DNA from: Octopus sinensis
Lineage: Eukaryota
Length of the DNA: 64,000 bases
Assembly (NCBI RefSeq): GCF_006345805.1
Contig: NC_043013.1
Location: forward strand, 28,644,001-28,708,000
Direction: 5' to 3'
In this document: in pieces, positions 50,402 through 63,994 of the stretch
Layout of the letters: each line of letters begins with the position of its first letter
Numbering within the stretch: position 1 is the stretch's first letter
Position numbers and translations under genes: made by a program
The notes under the pieces: generated by a model
Databases searched by the model: none
What the model was told of the DNA's origin: nothing
The model's input: only the letters and a program-made list of their open reading frames with translations

Positions 50402-52099
50402 TATATATATATGTATGTGCATGTATGTGCATATATATATATATGTATATATATAAATATATCATTATATATATATATATATATATATACACTCATATGT
50501 ATACATACATACACACATATATACATACATAAATATATATATACACATGCATATATATATATTATATATATATATCATTATATATATATATATATATATA
50601 TATATCATTATATATATATATATCTTTGATTAAAGGTTTCTAATGGGCCAATCTCTGGCCTCGCTTGCTCGCTTTCTGATGAACAATCAGACAGCAAAGT
50701 GAGGTTCTACAGAGCCTGAATTGTGTCAGAAATACATCAAACTTTATTGCACACAAGTGCAACATTTATCAATTAATTGACATAAATGTACTGCAAACAT
50801 GCTTTTTGTCTTATAGCAATTACATTCAATATGGCTTCCTTTGTTTATGGTCAGATCAGTTATCTGTACAAGTCAATTTTCCTGAACTAAATATTCCCTT
50901 GCTAGTCTTGGAAATGGTTGTTGCGTATTCCCCTCTACTTAGCACATTGAAAATTAAAGTTAGTTATTCGGGTTGGTTCTGCTCATTGACAAAAGGAGTT
51001 CAATTCTTTGGTTGTATATTTTTTTTTTTTTTTTTTTTTACTTGTCTCAGTCAGAGAACGATGCCTTGAAAAATTTCATCTAACAAATCAACCTCAGTGA
51101 TTACTTTTTAAGTATGATACTTGTTTTATCAGTCCTCTTTTGTCAAACTGTTAAGTTATGGAGATGGAAACAAAAACAAAGATGCGTGCTTACACACATA
51201 CAAGAAAGACCCGCACTCAGTTTCTGTCAGATTCACTTGCAAGGAATTGATCTGCCTAAATACACTTGCCTAAGAAGCTGCGCAGTGGGACTGAACTCAA
51301 AACCATATGTTTACAAAGAGAGCTTCTTAACCACACGGTCATGCCTGTACGTTAAAATCTAGAATCATCTTAGCTTGTTGACTCTGACTGCAGGTGTCAG
51401 CAATTGTTTTGGGAGGTGGGCCAGATTCTTTTCTTTTACTTGTTTCAGTCAGTTCGCTGTGGCCATGCTGGAGCACCACCTTTAGTCGAGCAAATCGACT
51501 GCAGGATTTATTCTTTGTAAACCTAGTACTTATTCTATCGATCTCTTCAGTTGGAAGCCCTTCCAAATGCCAACTGCTTTACAGTGTGGACTGGATGCTT
51601 TTTACATAGCACCAGCAGTTGTAGATGATTCTTTTTAGTTTTTAGCACAAGCTCTACAATTTTGCAGGGAGAGGACAAGTCACTATTTACATTATTTACA
51701 TTTGATGGATATTTCTCCTCGTCTTATTTGTTGTTAACACGTGATTTCAAATTCTCAGATTACCCTAAGTGAGCAATCCTGCTATTGGGGTTTCTATCTA
51801 TTTATTTATTTAATTATTATTTATTTCTCTACTTTCTTTTATATATCCCCTGTTATACTCTTTAATGTGGTAGTATCTCCCCTTGAATGATGTTAACTCC
51901 ACATGTTTTTTGTTTTTGTAATCTTTTTGTGCTGAAACTTGTCCTTCTATATAGTCTTCCATGTTTTGGGTCCTTGTAGTCAGTAAAAGAAATCATCATC
52001 ATCATCACCACCACCACCACCACCATGACTATCATCATCATCACCACCAACACCACCACCACCAACACCATGACTATCATCATCATCATCATTATTATT

Positions 52100-52360
52100 A
52101 TTCTGAAAGACTCTCGGATAGTTCTTAACTACCAGTTGTTCTTTACTTGAAAGCAGGTAATAACAAATCACCAAAGGTTTCCAGTGGTGCCTTCTCTTGT
52201 GACTCAAAGAGACAATACTCTCCTCAGAATGCGAGTTGTGCCCAACAATGCTCTCTTCTGGATGACTTTGAGCCTGACAGCAGCTCCAATATCCTTAATA
52301 TGTTTTTTTAAAGTTCTTGGAAACTGTTCTTAATGCTCCAATTACCACCAGTATCACCAT
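52100..52360 (-). mobile_element. R4/Dong-like LINE 3' end
   Basis: IGALRTVSKNFKKHIKDIGAAVRLKVIQKRALLGTTRILRRVL followed by a short (AAT)n tail. Confidence 0.6.
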
Positions 52361-52419
52361 TGCTTTCCTCATGCCCCATAACTTTCCTACCTCATCCTGC
52401 AGTGGCTGGTATTTCTCTA

Positions 52420-52451
<32 letters not shown>

Positions 52452-54027
52452 CATTATGATAAACATTGATTCATTGGAAACCACAAAAATAAAATTCTTA
52501 TTCTATTTTTTTGACACTGGATTTTATTGTTTGTTAAATCTAAGACAAGGAAAACAAAGAATTATTTTTGCTAGCACCATCTCATATTCAGTGAAGTGGT
52601 GAGACGAGCCATAGTTTGCTGACCTTTGAGTTGATGCGAAATTTGTAATGAGTGTGATAAATGAAAGGACTTTAGAGAGCTTTGTACTCTCTCTCTCATT
52701 CACTCTCTCTGTCTCTGTCTGTCTGTCTCTTTTTCTGTGTTTCTCTGTCTCTCTTAGCAAATAGATGTTAATAACTGTGATTGTCAATATGGAACTAATC
52801 CCTTAATCTCTTGCTTGATATCATCATTATCAACATTGCCATCATTTAACATCCTTGTTCTGTGCTGGCTTGGGTTGAACGCTTTGACAAAGATCTGATG
52901 GGTCTGAGGATTGCATTGTGCTCAAGCGACATGTTTATTTTTACATTTGTAAATCTTAATTTAGTTGCTGGCCATTTTTGTAAACTATAGAAAATAAAAT
53001 ATTAAAGTCCTTCAGATTAAATATGATTATCAAAATTTGAAGCTAAAAAAAACCCCAACAAAGCCATAAACCCATTTCTGTTTTAATTTTAATTTAATTT
53101 AATGTAATTTTTTCATATATTTTACCAAAGCCTTCATTAGTTCACTTTGAATTCAGAGGGTAACAAAAACGAATTGTCTTTTGAAGGTAGATTTTTTTTT
53201 AGGAGAAAAACAAAAAACTAGTCACACATATGTTGGCTCTTTATATCATCTGTTTGATAGTGGATTCTTGTTATCTACCGTTATTGCTTTCTCTCAAAAA
53301 TGTTGAAAGCATAAGTTGAATAAAATTCCTTCTATACATGATTTCTATTTGTTTGTTCATTCTGCCATCAAGGAATTCTCTGTAAAGTTCGTTGGCAATT
53401 TTTTCTTTTTTTTTTTTTTTACTCTTTTCAAATAAAATAGAAAAGTACAAAATTTTATATTTAAAACTAAAATTTGGAGGTTAGGAAAAAATAGGTCGTG
53501 AAGAATAAAATGAAAATCATAATAAAAAAAAATGTATATTGAAATAAGAAAAAAAAAAAAAGAAAAGAAATAGTTAAAATACATTTAGATTAATGTAAAA
53601 TTTTCAAAAAATAATATTCAAACTTTTTATGAAAAGAAGAAATTTTTCAATGAATGTTTCACAAATGAATAACATACATGTGTATATATCTATATCTCTA
53701 ACTACACACACACACATACACAGACACATATATAAAATTTATATATGTGTATATATATATATCTGTCTATGTGTGTACACACACACATATATATTCACAT
53801 ATATATACATATATATTAAATTTCTTTCGTTTTATAATTTAATATAATAAAACTTATAAGAAAACCACAAAGGCGAATGAATGTTAATGGTTGAATTTTT
53901 TCATTTATTCATTTTTTTTTTTTTTTAATGTTATTGTTTTTATTGAAATTCTATTCTTCTGTTTGGCAGAACAACAAAATGAAGAAAATTAAGATTGCAC
54001 AACACTAGTATAAAAGATATATTTTTG

Positions 54028-54061
<34 letters not shown>

Positions 54062-54418
54062 GTATTTTTTATCCTTCTTAAGACAAGATTTTCTGTTTCA
54101 TGTGAAGAAGACTAGTTTGTTGGTTTCATCTTGGAATTAGTTTTGCAGTTTCATCTTCAGATCATTTTTTTCAATGCCATTTTAACACTTTCTCTTAACT
54201 TTATTTTTCACAGTTTGAACATACGACCTTCTCCTGTCTTTATATGTGTGTGTGTGTATGTGTGTGTGTTTCTAGTGCTTCTTGTTAATTTCTGTACCTG
54301 GCATTAAACATATATACAATGCTTTATGAGATTTCTCTGCAAGTGCATATGGAGCTAGGGAGCACATATCTGTTTCATATGGGGAGAGAAAAAAAATTAA
54401 CATTTAACCATGCTCTTT

Positions 54419-54453
<35 letters not shown>

Positions 54454-54527
54454 TATATATATAATATATACATGCACATTCTGTTGTGTCTGGGGAGAGT
54501 CATTAATATATATATGTATATAAATAT

Positions 54528-54639
<112 letters not shown>

Positions 54640-54675
54640 ATATATATATTATATAATAATAATAATAATAATAAT

Positions 54676-54875
54676 ATGTGACAATTATTCAGTAGCCAAG
54701 ATAAAACTCTGAGTTTCGGATGCCGAGGTGGAAATCCACACCACCATCTCTTTGGTTATCTGGCCTATCTCTCTGACATAACACATCAGCAAATTCATTT
54801 TGATAAAGTGGGTGGATTTCCACCTCGGCATCTGAAACTCTGAGTTTTATCTTGGCTACTGAATAATTGTCACAT
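54676..54875. repeat. Inverted pair with 64-bp arms; the left arm carries a hammerhead on the minus strand
   Basis: 54676-54739 vs 54812-54875 nearly perfect reverse complements. Confidence 0.9.
54700..54760 (-). ncRNA. Minimal type I hammerhead, decayed core (CCAAAGA)
   Basis: GATAA-CCAAAGA-GATG..CATC-C-GAAA-CTC A GAG-TT-TTATC. Same stem II/III sequence as 27893-27948. Confidence 0.55.
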
Positions 54876-54952
54876 ACTATTTTACAGATAAATTCCTCTA
54901 TTTACATAATATTGAGGTCTCTTCTTTTTTTGTTATCTTACCGTTTTTACCA

Positions 54953-55007
<55 letters not shown>

Positions 55008-55099
55008 AGTTTCAGCTTAGAGCTGTGGCCATGCTGGGGCACTGCTGTTTTGCTACACTGTTATTATTGAGAGCCTCCTCTTATATGTGGCATTTGGTG

Positions 55100-55975
55100 A
55101 GCAAGTGAGTTTGATGTTGCTACCCTCATTTGCACTTCTTGTCGTGAGGTAGGCTCATCTGGGACTCTCGATGAGAAGAGGTCCAGTTTTCATTTGAAAA
55201 CACCTGCATCCACTTTGAGTAGGTCCTTCAGGCTCTTTGGGAGAATATTAAAAAGCTGTGGGCCCCTGAAACCCAAGCTGTTGCAGTAACTGGTCCTGAA
55301 GTGTGATGGCATTGCTGGGATCTTTAGCACTATGTAGTGTCGACCTGTTCTGGCATTGGTGTAGATTTCAATGCCAAAATTTGACACAATTCCTTCCAGG
55401 ATCTTCCAGATATTACAGTATACCTCTCTCGCCTTTGCTGTAGGGAGTAGAGTCTTAGCTGTTTCAGCCTTTTCCAATAGCTGAGCTGTTGCAATGAGAC
55501 AATCTTCTCTGTGAAGCTTCACTGGATTGCCTCAAGGTCTGCTGTTAATTTTGTACTGTTGGGTGACCATAGATGGGAGCAATAGTCCAGGTGGCTGACG
55601 ATGAATGTCCTCTGGAGGACCATCATGGTTTTCTTCTTTGGTCCTGAATGTTCTCAGGATCCATCCAGCCAGTTGTCTGCACTTTGTCGCCATCCTGGTA
55701 ATGTGCACTTGGAAAGAGGTATCATCACTCATGTCAATACCCAGGTCCTCACTGATTTAGGCTCTGGGATTGTAATCCCCTGTGGACCAGTGTACCCTGT
55801 AAGTTTTATATTGTTTTGGATGCTGGTAGCACAGGGCTTGGAATTTTTCAGCATTAAACTGCATATCATTGTCCTCAGCCCATCTGTAAATTAAGTCCAA
55901 CTCCAGCTGCAGGTGTGCAACGTCGCTGGGATTCTGTATTTTTTCTGTGATATGTTTGTCTTGTCTGCATAGCTA
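55100..55975 (-). mobile_element. CR1/L2-type LINE, RT thumb and C-terminus
   Basis: SYADKT (YADD-like), LDLIYRWAEDNDMQFNAEKF, RQLAGWILRTF, IWKILEGIVSNFGI, SLGFRGPQLFNILPKSL, VPDEPTSRQ; multiple frameshifts. Confidence 0.9.
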
Positions 55976-56069
55976 GCATGAGTGGCTATCTGGGCAGCTG
56001 AGGGCATATCTGAGAGGGCTACTTTGAAAAGCAATGGTCTCAAGACCATGTCCTGTGGCAAAAACATAC

Positions 56070-56328
56070 CTGTAGTTCCTATAAGTAATTTCTACCAATC
56101 TATAAAATTCAACCTTTAACTGTTTTTTACTTTTCATTTCCACTTCATATATCTGTTTCCACGCTTTTAAGCTTTTTTCCCATTCATCTATCACACTATA
56201 TTTCTCCACTCTTAATTTTCTATTAATTTCTTTCTTTTTCCTCTTCCTCTTTCTCTAAATTGCCTTTGACGTTAAATCTATTAACAGCTTTTTAAAAATT
56301 AACTTGCCAGCATTCACCTTCATTATAT
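56070..56328 (-). other. Candidate exon or pseudo-exon with a single in-frame TAG
   Basis: CAG| acceptor at 56329, CAG|GTATGT donor at 56069; 85 codons in one frame with only TAG at 56255-56257. No homology recognised; weak pyrimidine tract. Confidence 0.2.
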
Positions 56329-56755
56329 CTGCGGTAATCACATTTGATTAAAATAGTTTATTGATATGTTTTGTTTCTCTTTTTTTTACCCCTGACGAGA
56401 TGATTACATTGTTTTACATCATTTTATTCCCTCCGGAATAATAACAATGTTTTCTTTGAAACATATGTCAGAAGTATAAAGATTTGAACAATACCTGTGT
56501 TTGACTCAATTTCTTAATTCATATATATATATTTATATATATAATTAATAATTATATATATATATATACAATTATATTAAGGGAGAAAATTGAAACATGA
56601 CTCATCTCCTCCATACTGAATGAATGTCTAAACATTATGAAGCTACCAAGAAAAACTCAGTTGCATGTATTTATGAAGTTTTTCTTGGTAGCTTCGTTAT
56701 GTTTTATATTTGTATCACATCTAAACTAATTATGACTTAACTATCCTCTCACACC

Positions 56756-56807
56756 GTCTCCGATGAAAGGATATAATTAATAAATTTCCTAGAAACAGCT
56801 GTAAGAC
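56756..56807 (+). ncRNA. Minimal type I hammerhead, U4C core, palindromic ACAGCTGT stem III
   Basis: GTCT-CCGATGA-A-AGGA..TCCT-A-GAAA-CAGCTG-TA^-AGAC. Predicted GUA cleavage after 56803. Confidence 0.65.
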
Positions 56808-58182
56808 CTATCTATAAATGCTCTAATATCTATACAACCTTGGTTTTTCTTTATCTTATTATGCAAAATGTTCTTTTATATATATATATATATATATGAT
56901 GAACTTTCACATAGTTTCCCTCTACCAAATTCAGCCCAAAGGCATTGCAAGAATTGGTTGACACTGGACTATAGTAGAAGACATTACCCAAGGTGCCATG
57001 CAGAGGGATTGAACCCAAAACCATGTTGTTGCAAAGCAAGCTTCTTTACCACACAGCCATGCTTGCACTTATAAAGAACAAAGAAACAAAGACCCTCATG
57101 AAATAGTAACCATTTTACTATCAAATTCTCAGTATATATTGGTTTCAAATTTTGGCACAAGGCCAGCAATTTGGGGGTAGATGGATCAAGTTGATTATAT
57201 CGACCCCAGTGTTTGACTGGTACTTATTTTATCAACCCTGAAATGACAAAAGGTACAGTCAGCCTTGGTAGAATCTGAACTCAGCATAGGAACACAGATG
57301 AAATGCTACTAAGCATTTTGCCCACCATGCTAACAGTTTTGCTGGTTTGCCACCTTGAAATCCTCAATGTATATTGTCCCTTTTTGTTAAGTTCAAACCA
57401 ACCCTTGTTATCATCATCATCATCATCATCATCATTTAACATCTATTTTCCATGATGGCATGGGTTGGATGGCTTGGCAGGAACTGGCAAGGCCAGAAGT
57501 CACACCAAGCTCCAGTTGTCCATTTTATCTTGTTCCCTGGATGCCCTTCCTAATGCCAACCACTTAACAGAGTGTACTGGGTGCGTTTTTACATGGCACC
57601 ATCACCAGTGCTTTTTATGTGTACACACTTATAATGAAAGGCTTGCCAGACATGGCAACCCCACCATTTTGTTTCCTTCTAGAAATAGAGTACTTAGTGT
57701 ACTCTGGACTATATTATTCAATGTGTTCATTTTAAGGCACATGGGTATGATTTGAGTAAGATTCAACTGTTATTTCTAGTAGGATGCACAACCCACATAA
57801 AGTCTCCTCCCTCTTTGCTTTGGTATATTGTCAGTTATTTTGGCTGGATAATCAGGCTTTACATAGAAATTGATTCTTATTTGCATTCAGCAATCCTTCA
57901 GGGAATTATAATATTGAATCAAAGAATCTTTCGTCTTTTGTTGCCTTGTTTTCCCTTCTTTTCTTTGCTTTTCTTTATCTAACATGGCAACAACCTTTAA
58001 GTTCATGTTTCTGTGACACATGATAAAAAAATACGTATATATATATACATATATATACATATATGTAATATATACTTTTTTATGTAAAAATATTGATTTT
58101 TAGTAGTAGCAGCAGCAGCAGTAGCAGTAGTAGTAGCAGTAGTAGTAGTAGTAGTAGTAGTGTAGTAGTAGTAGTAGTAGTT

Positions 58183-58218
<36 letters not shown>

Positions 58219-58432
58219 ATTATAATTTGGTGCTGCTTTCTGACTATGACAAGAGAGGCATGCTATTTTATTATGATGCCTTGCATTTGTTTGTTGCCTG
58301 GGGATGGTTAGTTAGACTGAATTAGCCTCAATAACCATCTTTAATATACATACACATATACATATATACACACAAATATATATATACTCATACATAGATA
58401 AATATATATATATATATATGTGTGTGTATATA

Positions 58433-58465
<33 letters not shown>

Positions 58466-59385
58466 GCATATGTATACACACATGCCACTATCTTCTGAGA
58501 GGTTGTTTTAATTTTCTTTGCTTTTGCTTCTAAGTTTTTGTTTATATTTATTTATTTATTTAGTTTCTGTCTTTGTTTTTGCATAGTGTTGATAGTTTGA
58601 AGTTTTCTGAAAGAAATTTCTTGAAATATTTCTGATAAGTGAGTCTTGTATTTTTGCACCCTTTGGCTACAGTCACCTTGTTTCATTATGCAAATATACA
58701 GACATATTTACTCAAGATATTGATTCTTTTTCTCTCTCTTTTTTTTTTTTTTTTTTTTTTTTTTCCAAGGCAACTGTTAAATTGTTTCCTGTCATGTCTT
58801 ACTTGGTTGGATTCTACAAAGTGAAAGCATTTAACACAATTCTACTTCAGATGAAACACAACGTTGTTCGTGGGACTTGTTTTAATAATATATTTTCATT
58901 TATCTATTTTCACTAGTAATCAAAGATTAAATGATGGAGGTGTGTGTGTGTGTGTCTGTGTGCATATTCATATATATATATATATGTGTGTGTGTATATA
59001 TATATGTATGTGTGTGTATATATATGTATATATATATATAATGGTAAAGAACCAGTTTGGTCATGAATGACCATGAGATTGCACCTAGAAAGTTCCTTTC
59101 TGAGGCACAAGACTAGGCAAGGTTGTTTATGGAAGATCAGCAGTCATCCATGCATTCCAGCATCCCCTATCCTTGCCGCCAATGTTACCCAAGGGAAAGA
59201 TAAAGGCAAAGGCCGATACAGCTTGGCACCAATGATATTGCAACTCATTTCTATAGCTGAGTAAAGTAGAGCAACGTGAAATAAAGTGTCTTGCTCAAGA
59301 ACACAACACACAGACCAGTCCAAGAATTGAACTCACTACCTCATGATTGTGAGCCCAACTCTCTAACCACCAAGCCATGCATCTT

Positions 59386-59416
<31 letters not shown>

Positions 59417-60300
59417 GTTAGGTTCTAGTAGGGTATAAAGATAGGGTATTTCTGGTGAAGTACTCAACTTGAGTTCTGGGCTATCAACATTGTCAGATTC
59501 CAGAGTAATATCAAAATTCTTTGAGTGTAAAAACCCTGGTTTTACAATGATAGAACCATTGTGTGGGTGTGAATGTAGAGTAAACTATAATCCAAACAAT
59601 ATGAAGTCAAAGAAATCCTTTAGCATTCTTTAATGATTCGGTACAATTATTTCTGTACCAATTCTGCTTACAATGCCAGTTTATGCAAAATTTCAAAGTG
59701 AAAATCTATGTGATGTTTGCACTTTTCAACATTAGAGTGGCACTCCATCAGACTTACATCAAAGGTGCACACTTTGCATTTGCTTTTGCAAGGATTTGGA
59801 AGTAATTTGTTACATTTCACTTGAGTTGAAACTTCTGGTATTGTGTACTGCAAAACCCAAAATAAAAGTATAGGCACAGGATTGGCTGTGGGGTAAGAAG
59901 CTTGCTTCCCAACTGCATGGTACCGGGTTCAGTACCACTGCATGGCACCTTGGGCAAGTGTCTTCTACTATGGCCTCTGGCTGACCAAAGCCTTGTGAGT
60001 GGATTTGGTTGATAGAAACTGAAAGAAGCCTGACATATACATATATATTTATATATACATATATGTATGTGTGTATTTGTTGTTTGTGTGTTTGTGTTTG
60101 TTGCCCCACCATTGCTTGACAACTGATGCTGGTGTGTCTACGTCCCCGTAACTTAGCGGTTCGGCAAAAGAGACCGATCTAATAAATATTAGGCCTACAA
60201 AGAATAAGTCCTGGGGTTGATTTGTTCAACTAAAAGTGGTGCTCCAGCATGGCCACAGTCAAATGACTGAAACAAGTAAAAGAATAAAAGAATATATATG

Positions 60301-60952
60301 CATATATACATACATATATGTACATACTTACATCTATATGTAGATATATATATATATGTATGTATGTATATGTAGGCACAGGATGTCACGAAATGTGTAC
60401 AACAAAAAGTACAAAGCATGAGTACAAGAAACATGAACTATTCTTTCGAACGATGAAATACACAATTGCTCATACGGCTTCCGTGTGACCATCGGCCATC
60501 CTTCTTTCTTTCTCTCCCTTGTAGCTGGAACAAAGAAGATGTGTTCTTGCTTGTCTCCTGTCCTTGCTTCATTTACGTGTTCACCACCACAACCTCATTT
60601 AGGCTTAGCAACCCTTCCTGTTTGTTTTCACTGTCCTGTTTGTGTTACCTATTTTGACCCTCTGCAAAATCCCATATTTTATTTAATTTGCTTTGTGAGA
60701 GCAACTGTTTTATAGAAAGTGTATATTGTTGTTAAATGCTCACAATACAAGACTAGAAAAACATCTGACAACTGATGAAGGGTCGTCCTTTATGTTGTTT
60801 GCTTTGTTTTTCATTTATGTCTTTTGTTGTTTGAAAGAATAGTTCATGTTCCATGTACTCGTGCTTCGTACTTTTTTGCTGTACACATTTCATGACATCC
60901 TGTGCCCACATATGCATATATATACATATAGATCTAAGTATGTACATATGCG

Positions 60953-60965
<13 letters not shown>
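60301..60965. repeat. Inverted repeat, 80-bp core arms extending to about 140 bp
   Basis: 60371-60451 vs 60829-60910; the inversion continues into flanking TA/CA-rich DNA (GTACATACTTA.ATCTATATG on both sides). Confidence 0.85.
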
Positions 60966-61023
<58 letters not shown>

Positions 61024-63318
61024 TATTATATGATTAATGCCATTCGTCCTCTTCAAAGTATGTTTTACCTATCTATCTATATATATATCATCATCATCAT
61101 ATGTTGATTTTCCATGCTGGCTTGGCTTGTAAAATCCCTGTCATTCATACTTAGAAACATGTCCTTTACAGGTACCAGTGCTATATAAAATGCACTTGTG
61201 CTGATGCTATGTAAATGCACCCATTACAGTGGATTGTAAAAAAATTCCCAACACACTCTGTAAATTGGTTAGCATTAGGAAGGGTAACCAGCTATAGAAA
61301 CCATGCCACAACAGAGAATTGGAGTCAAGTCGTCAAACCTGGCAAACCATCCTACCCATGCCAGTATGGAAAATGATTGTTGAATGATGATGATGATGAT
61401 GACGACTCTGGCTGCTGCCACCACTGCCGCCGATGATGAGTTTTGAGGAGTATGGAATTAACTCTTAGCCACTATTTTTCCCAGGTCTATTCTGACCTTG
61501 ACCCAGATTAGTTGTAGCTGTCTAGGTCCCAGCTATGGGTTAATTAGCATGTAATAAAAGAAACCCTCGTTGCTTTGTGAATTATTAGCATGCAAATAAT
61601 TGGCATGTTATAAAGGAAACCGTCACTTCTTTGTGAATGTCTTGTGAAAGGAATAAGCTTTGGGTGTCAAACTTGACTGCAAATCAAGGAAAGGAGTCCC
61701 TCAGATCATCTGGTGCCCTCGCTGACATTCTTCCAACAACTCTGAACTAGGTGGAGCCCTCCAGCCTTGTAAAGCAATTTACTCAGGTGAAAACCACTCC
61801 ATTGTAAACTCTACAGCTTGCCAGGCATCGCAGGTGAGCCACTGCAGTCAAACATCAAATCTAAAGAGTGGGATTGGATTGTGCAGACTGTTTCTCAATT
61901 CAAAAGTTCTAAGCGTAGGCCGGATGAAAGGCCTGCAGCATTAAGGATTGGTTTACATAATTACTTGAGAGCATGCCATTCTTCTTCGTGCTCTTCAGGC
62001 ATGAAGAAATCGCAATCATTACTTATTATTAGTTGGAATATGTTTCATATTATTTATATTTGCTAGTTTTCATCGTTGTGCAATATACTTTAATAAACAA
62101 AATGATGTTTCGTAATAGGATGCATTAATGTTTCACTTTTCATTATCTTAACTGTTAGGTGTATGGCAAAAAAAAAAAAAAAAGAGAGAGAGAAAAGAAA
62201 AGAAAAGGTAAAAACAATAAGTGCAGAAGAAAGAAGAGAAGAAATTTTTATTTCTGAATCTTCCCACTTATCTTTTATAGATTAATGTTGTTTGGAAAGA
62301 TAATTTATTACGTGACATTAGACTAATGTTTAACCCCCAGAAATGGGGCAAGGTAGAAAGAAGATATAAAATGAAGATGGCAAGAAATACTATATGTGTG
62401 TATGCATTTATATACATATATAAATAAACATACATACATGTGTATGTACACACACACACACACACACACATGCACATACATATATGTATATTTACAATGA
62501 AAGAAAGGCAAGAATATAAGCTGTATGCATACACACACATACACATATGTATTTGGTAGTCAACAAAATTTAACCAATGAAAATTTAAAACTAAAACTGA
62601 TAAGGACAGAAAATAAAGGCATTTTCTTTTTCTCCTTTCAAAGCAGCGTAAACAATTTTTAAAAAAATTTAATTTCTTAAGAAATTATATTGACGAAAAA
62701 AAAAGAAAAACCCACTTATTTTTATTCATGTTAATACCCATTATAAAAGATTTGTATTTGTTTTGAGTATAATTCTCTGCAAATTGTCTGTATGTTGTGA
62801 AGAAAGCTGAGTTTATAGGACGTTTGCCTGAACACTGAACACCATTTGGAAATTTACTTTGTGTCATTAAGCACATTCATTAATTAGGTCACAGAATCAA
62901 GGGAAATAATGCTGGGTTGTTTTGATTACCTAATTATAAATAGGTACCATGGAGGTGCATGGCTTAGTTGTTAGGGTGTTGGATTCGCGATTGTAAGATT
63001 GTGGCTTCGATTCTTGGACTGGGCAATACTTTGTGATCTTGATTAAAACATTCGTTTCATGTTGTTCCAGTCTACTCAGCTTGTTAAAAATGAGCAATCC
63101 TGCAACAGACTAGTGTCCCATCCAGAGAGGAATACATACACAGCAGAGAAACTGGGAAACTGGCTCTATGCTCCTTATGACACAAAATGGACTCACCCAC
63201 AATGGGTGGGTTTGACTTCCTTATTTAAGGTGTAAAAGAAACAGTGTATACAATAAAAAAAAGGTCCCGTGATAGCTTGCAATGCAGAGTTCACATCTTC
63301 CTTCATGCCTCTTATATA

Positions 63319-63355
<37 letters not shown>

Positions 63356-63358
<3 letters not shown>

Positions 63359-63390
63359 TAGTACCTCGGTTTTCAAACAACTCTGATCAC
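63356..63390 (+). mobile_element. Solo pogo/Tigger-like TIR fragment
   Basis: TA|CAGTAGTACCTCGGTTTTCAAAC after (TA)n; no partner end seen. Confidence 0.45.
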
Positions 63391-63961
63391 GAATAAATCA
63401 TGCTAGAGCACTGTCATTTTTCCTTTATTTGAGATAAAGAAACCGCTCTCAGGCTTCATCCTTTATAAGCCTGATACTTATTCTATCGGTCTCTTTTGTG
63501 AAACTGCTAAGTTATGGGGACATAAACACACCAACATCAATTGTCGGGTGGTGGTTGGGGACAAACACAATCACAAAAACATGAACATAAATATATATAT
63601 AAGAAGACCCCAGCAAGCCAAGTGAGACTGTAACCATGACCTATACAAGTGCAGCATAACTGGCCCTTTTAAGAGTATCCTTCAGTCATTGGACAATAAA
63701 CTGTGCTTGCGAAGACCTGTTGAGTCAAGTGTAGTCATTGTTGTGGCCGATGCCAGTACCACCTGACTGGCACCTGTGCCAGTGGCATGTAAAAAGCACC
63801 CACTACACTCTCAAAGTGGTTGGTGTTAGGAAGGGCATCCAGCTGTAGAAATATTGCCAGATCGAATGGGAGCCTGATGCAACCTACTGGCTTGCCAATC
63901 CTCAGTCAAACTATCCAACCCATGCCAGCATGGAAAGCAGACATTAAATGATGATGATGAT

Positions 63962-63994
<33 letters not shown>

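Noticed and set aside
50670-50700. CTGATGA motif
   Set aside because: Forms a simple CTGAT/ATCAG hairpin; no GAAA or cleavage site.
60770-60795. CTGATGAAGG-GTCGT-CCTT as a hammerhead
   Set aside because: Stem II-like hairpin is not followed by GAAA.
61975-62012. Minus-strand ATGC-CTGAAGA-GCAC-GAAG...GCAT
   Set aside because: No stem II and GAAG instead of GAAA; an alternative simple hairpin explains it.
61818-62066. 82-aa ORF
   Set aside because: Non-ATG start, no domain, no coherent splice pair.
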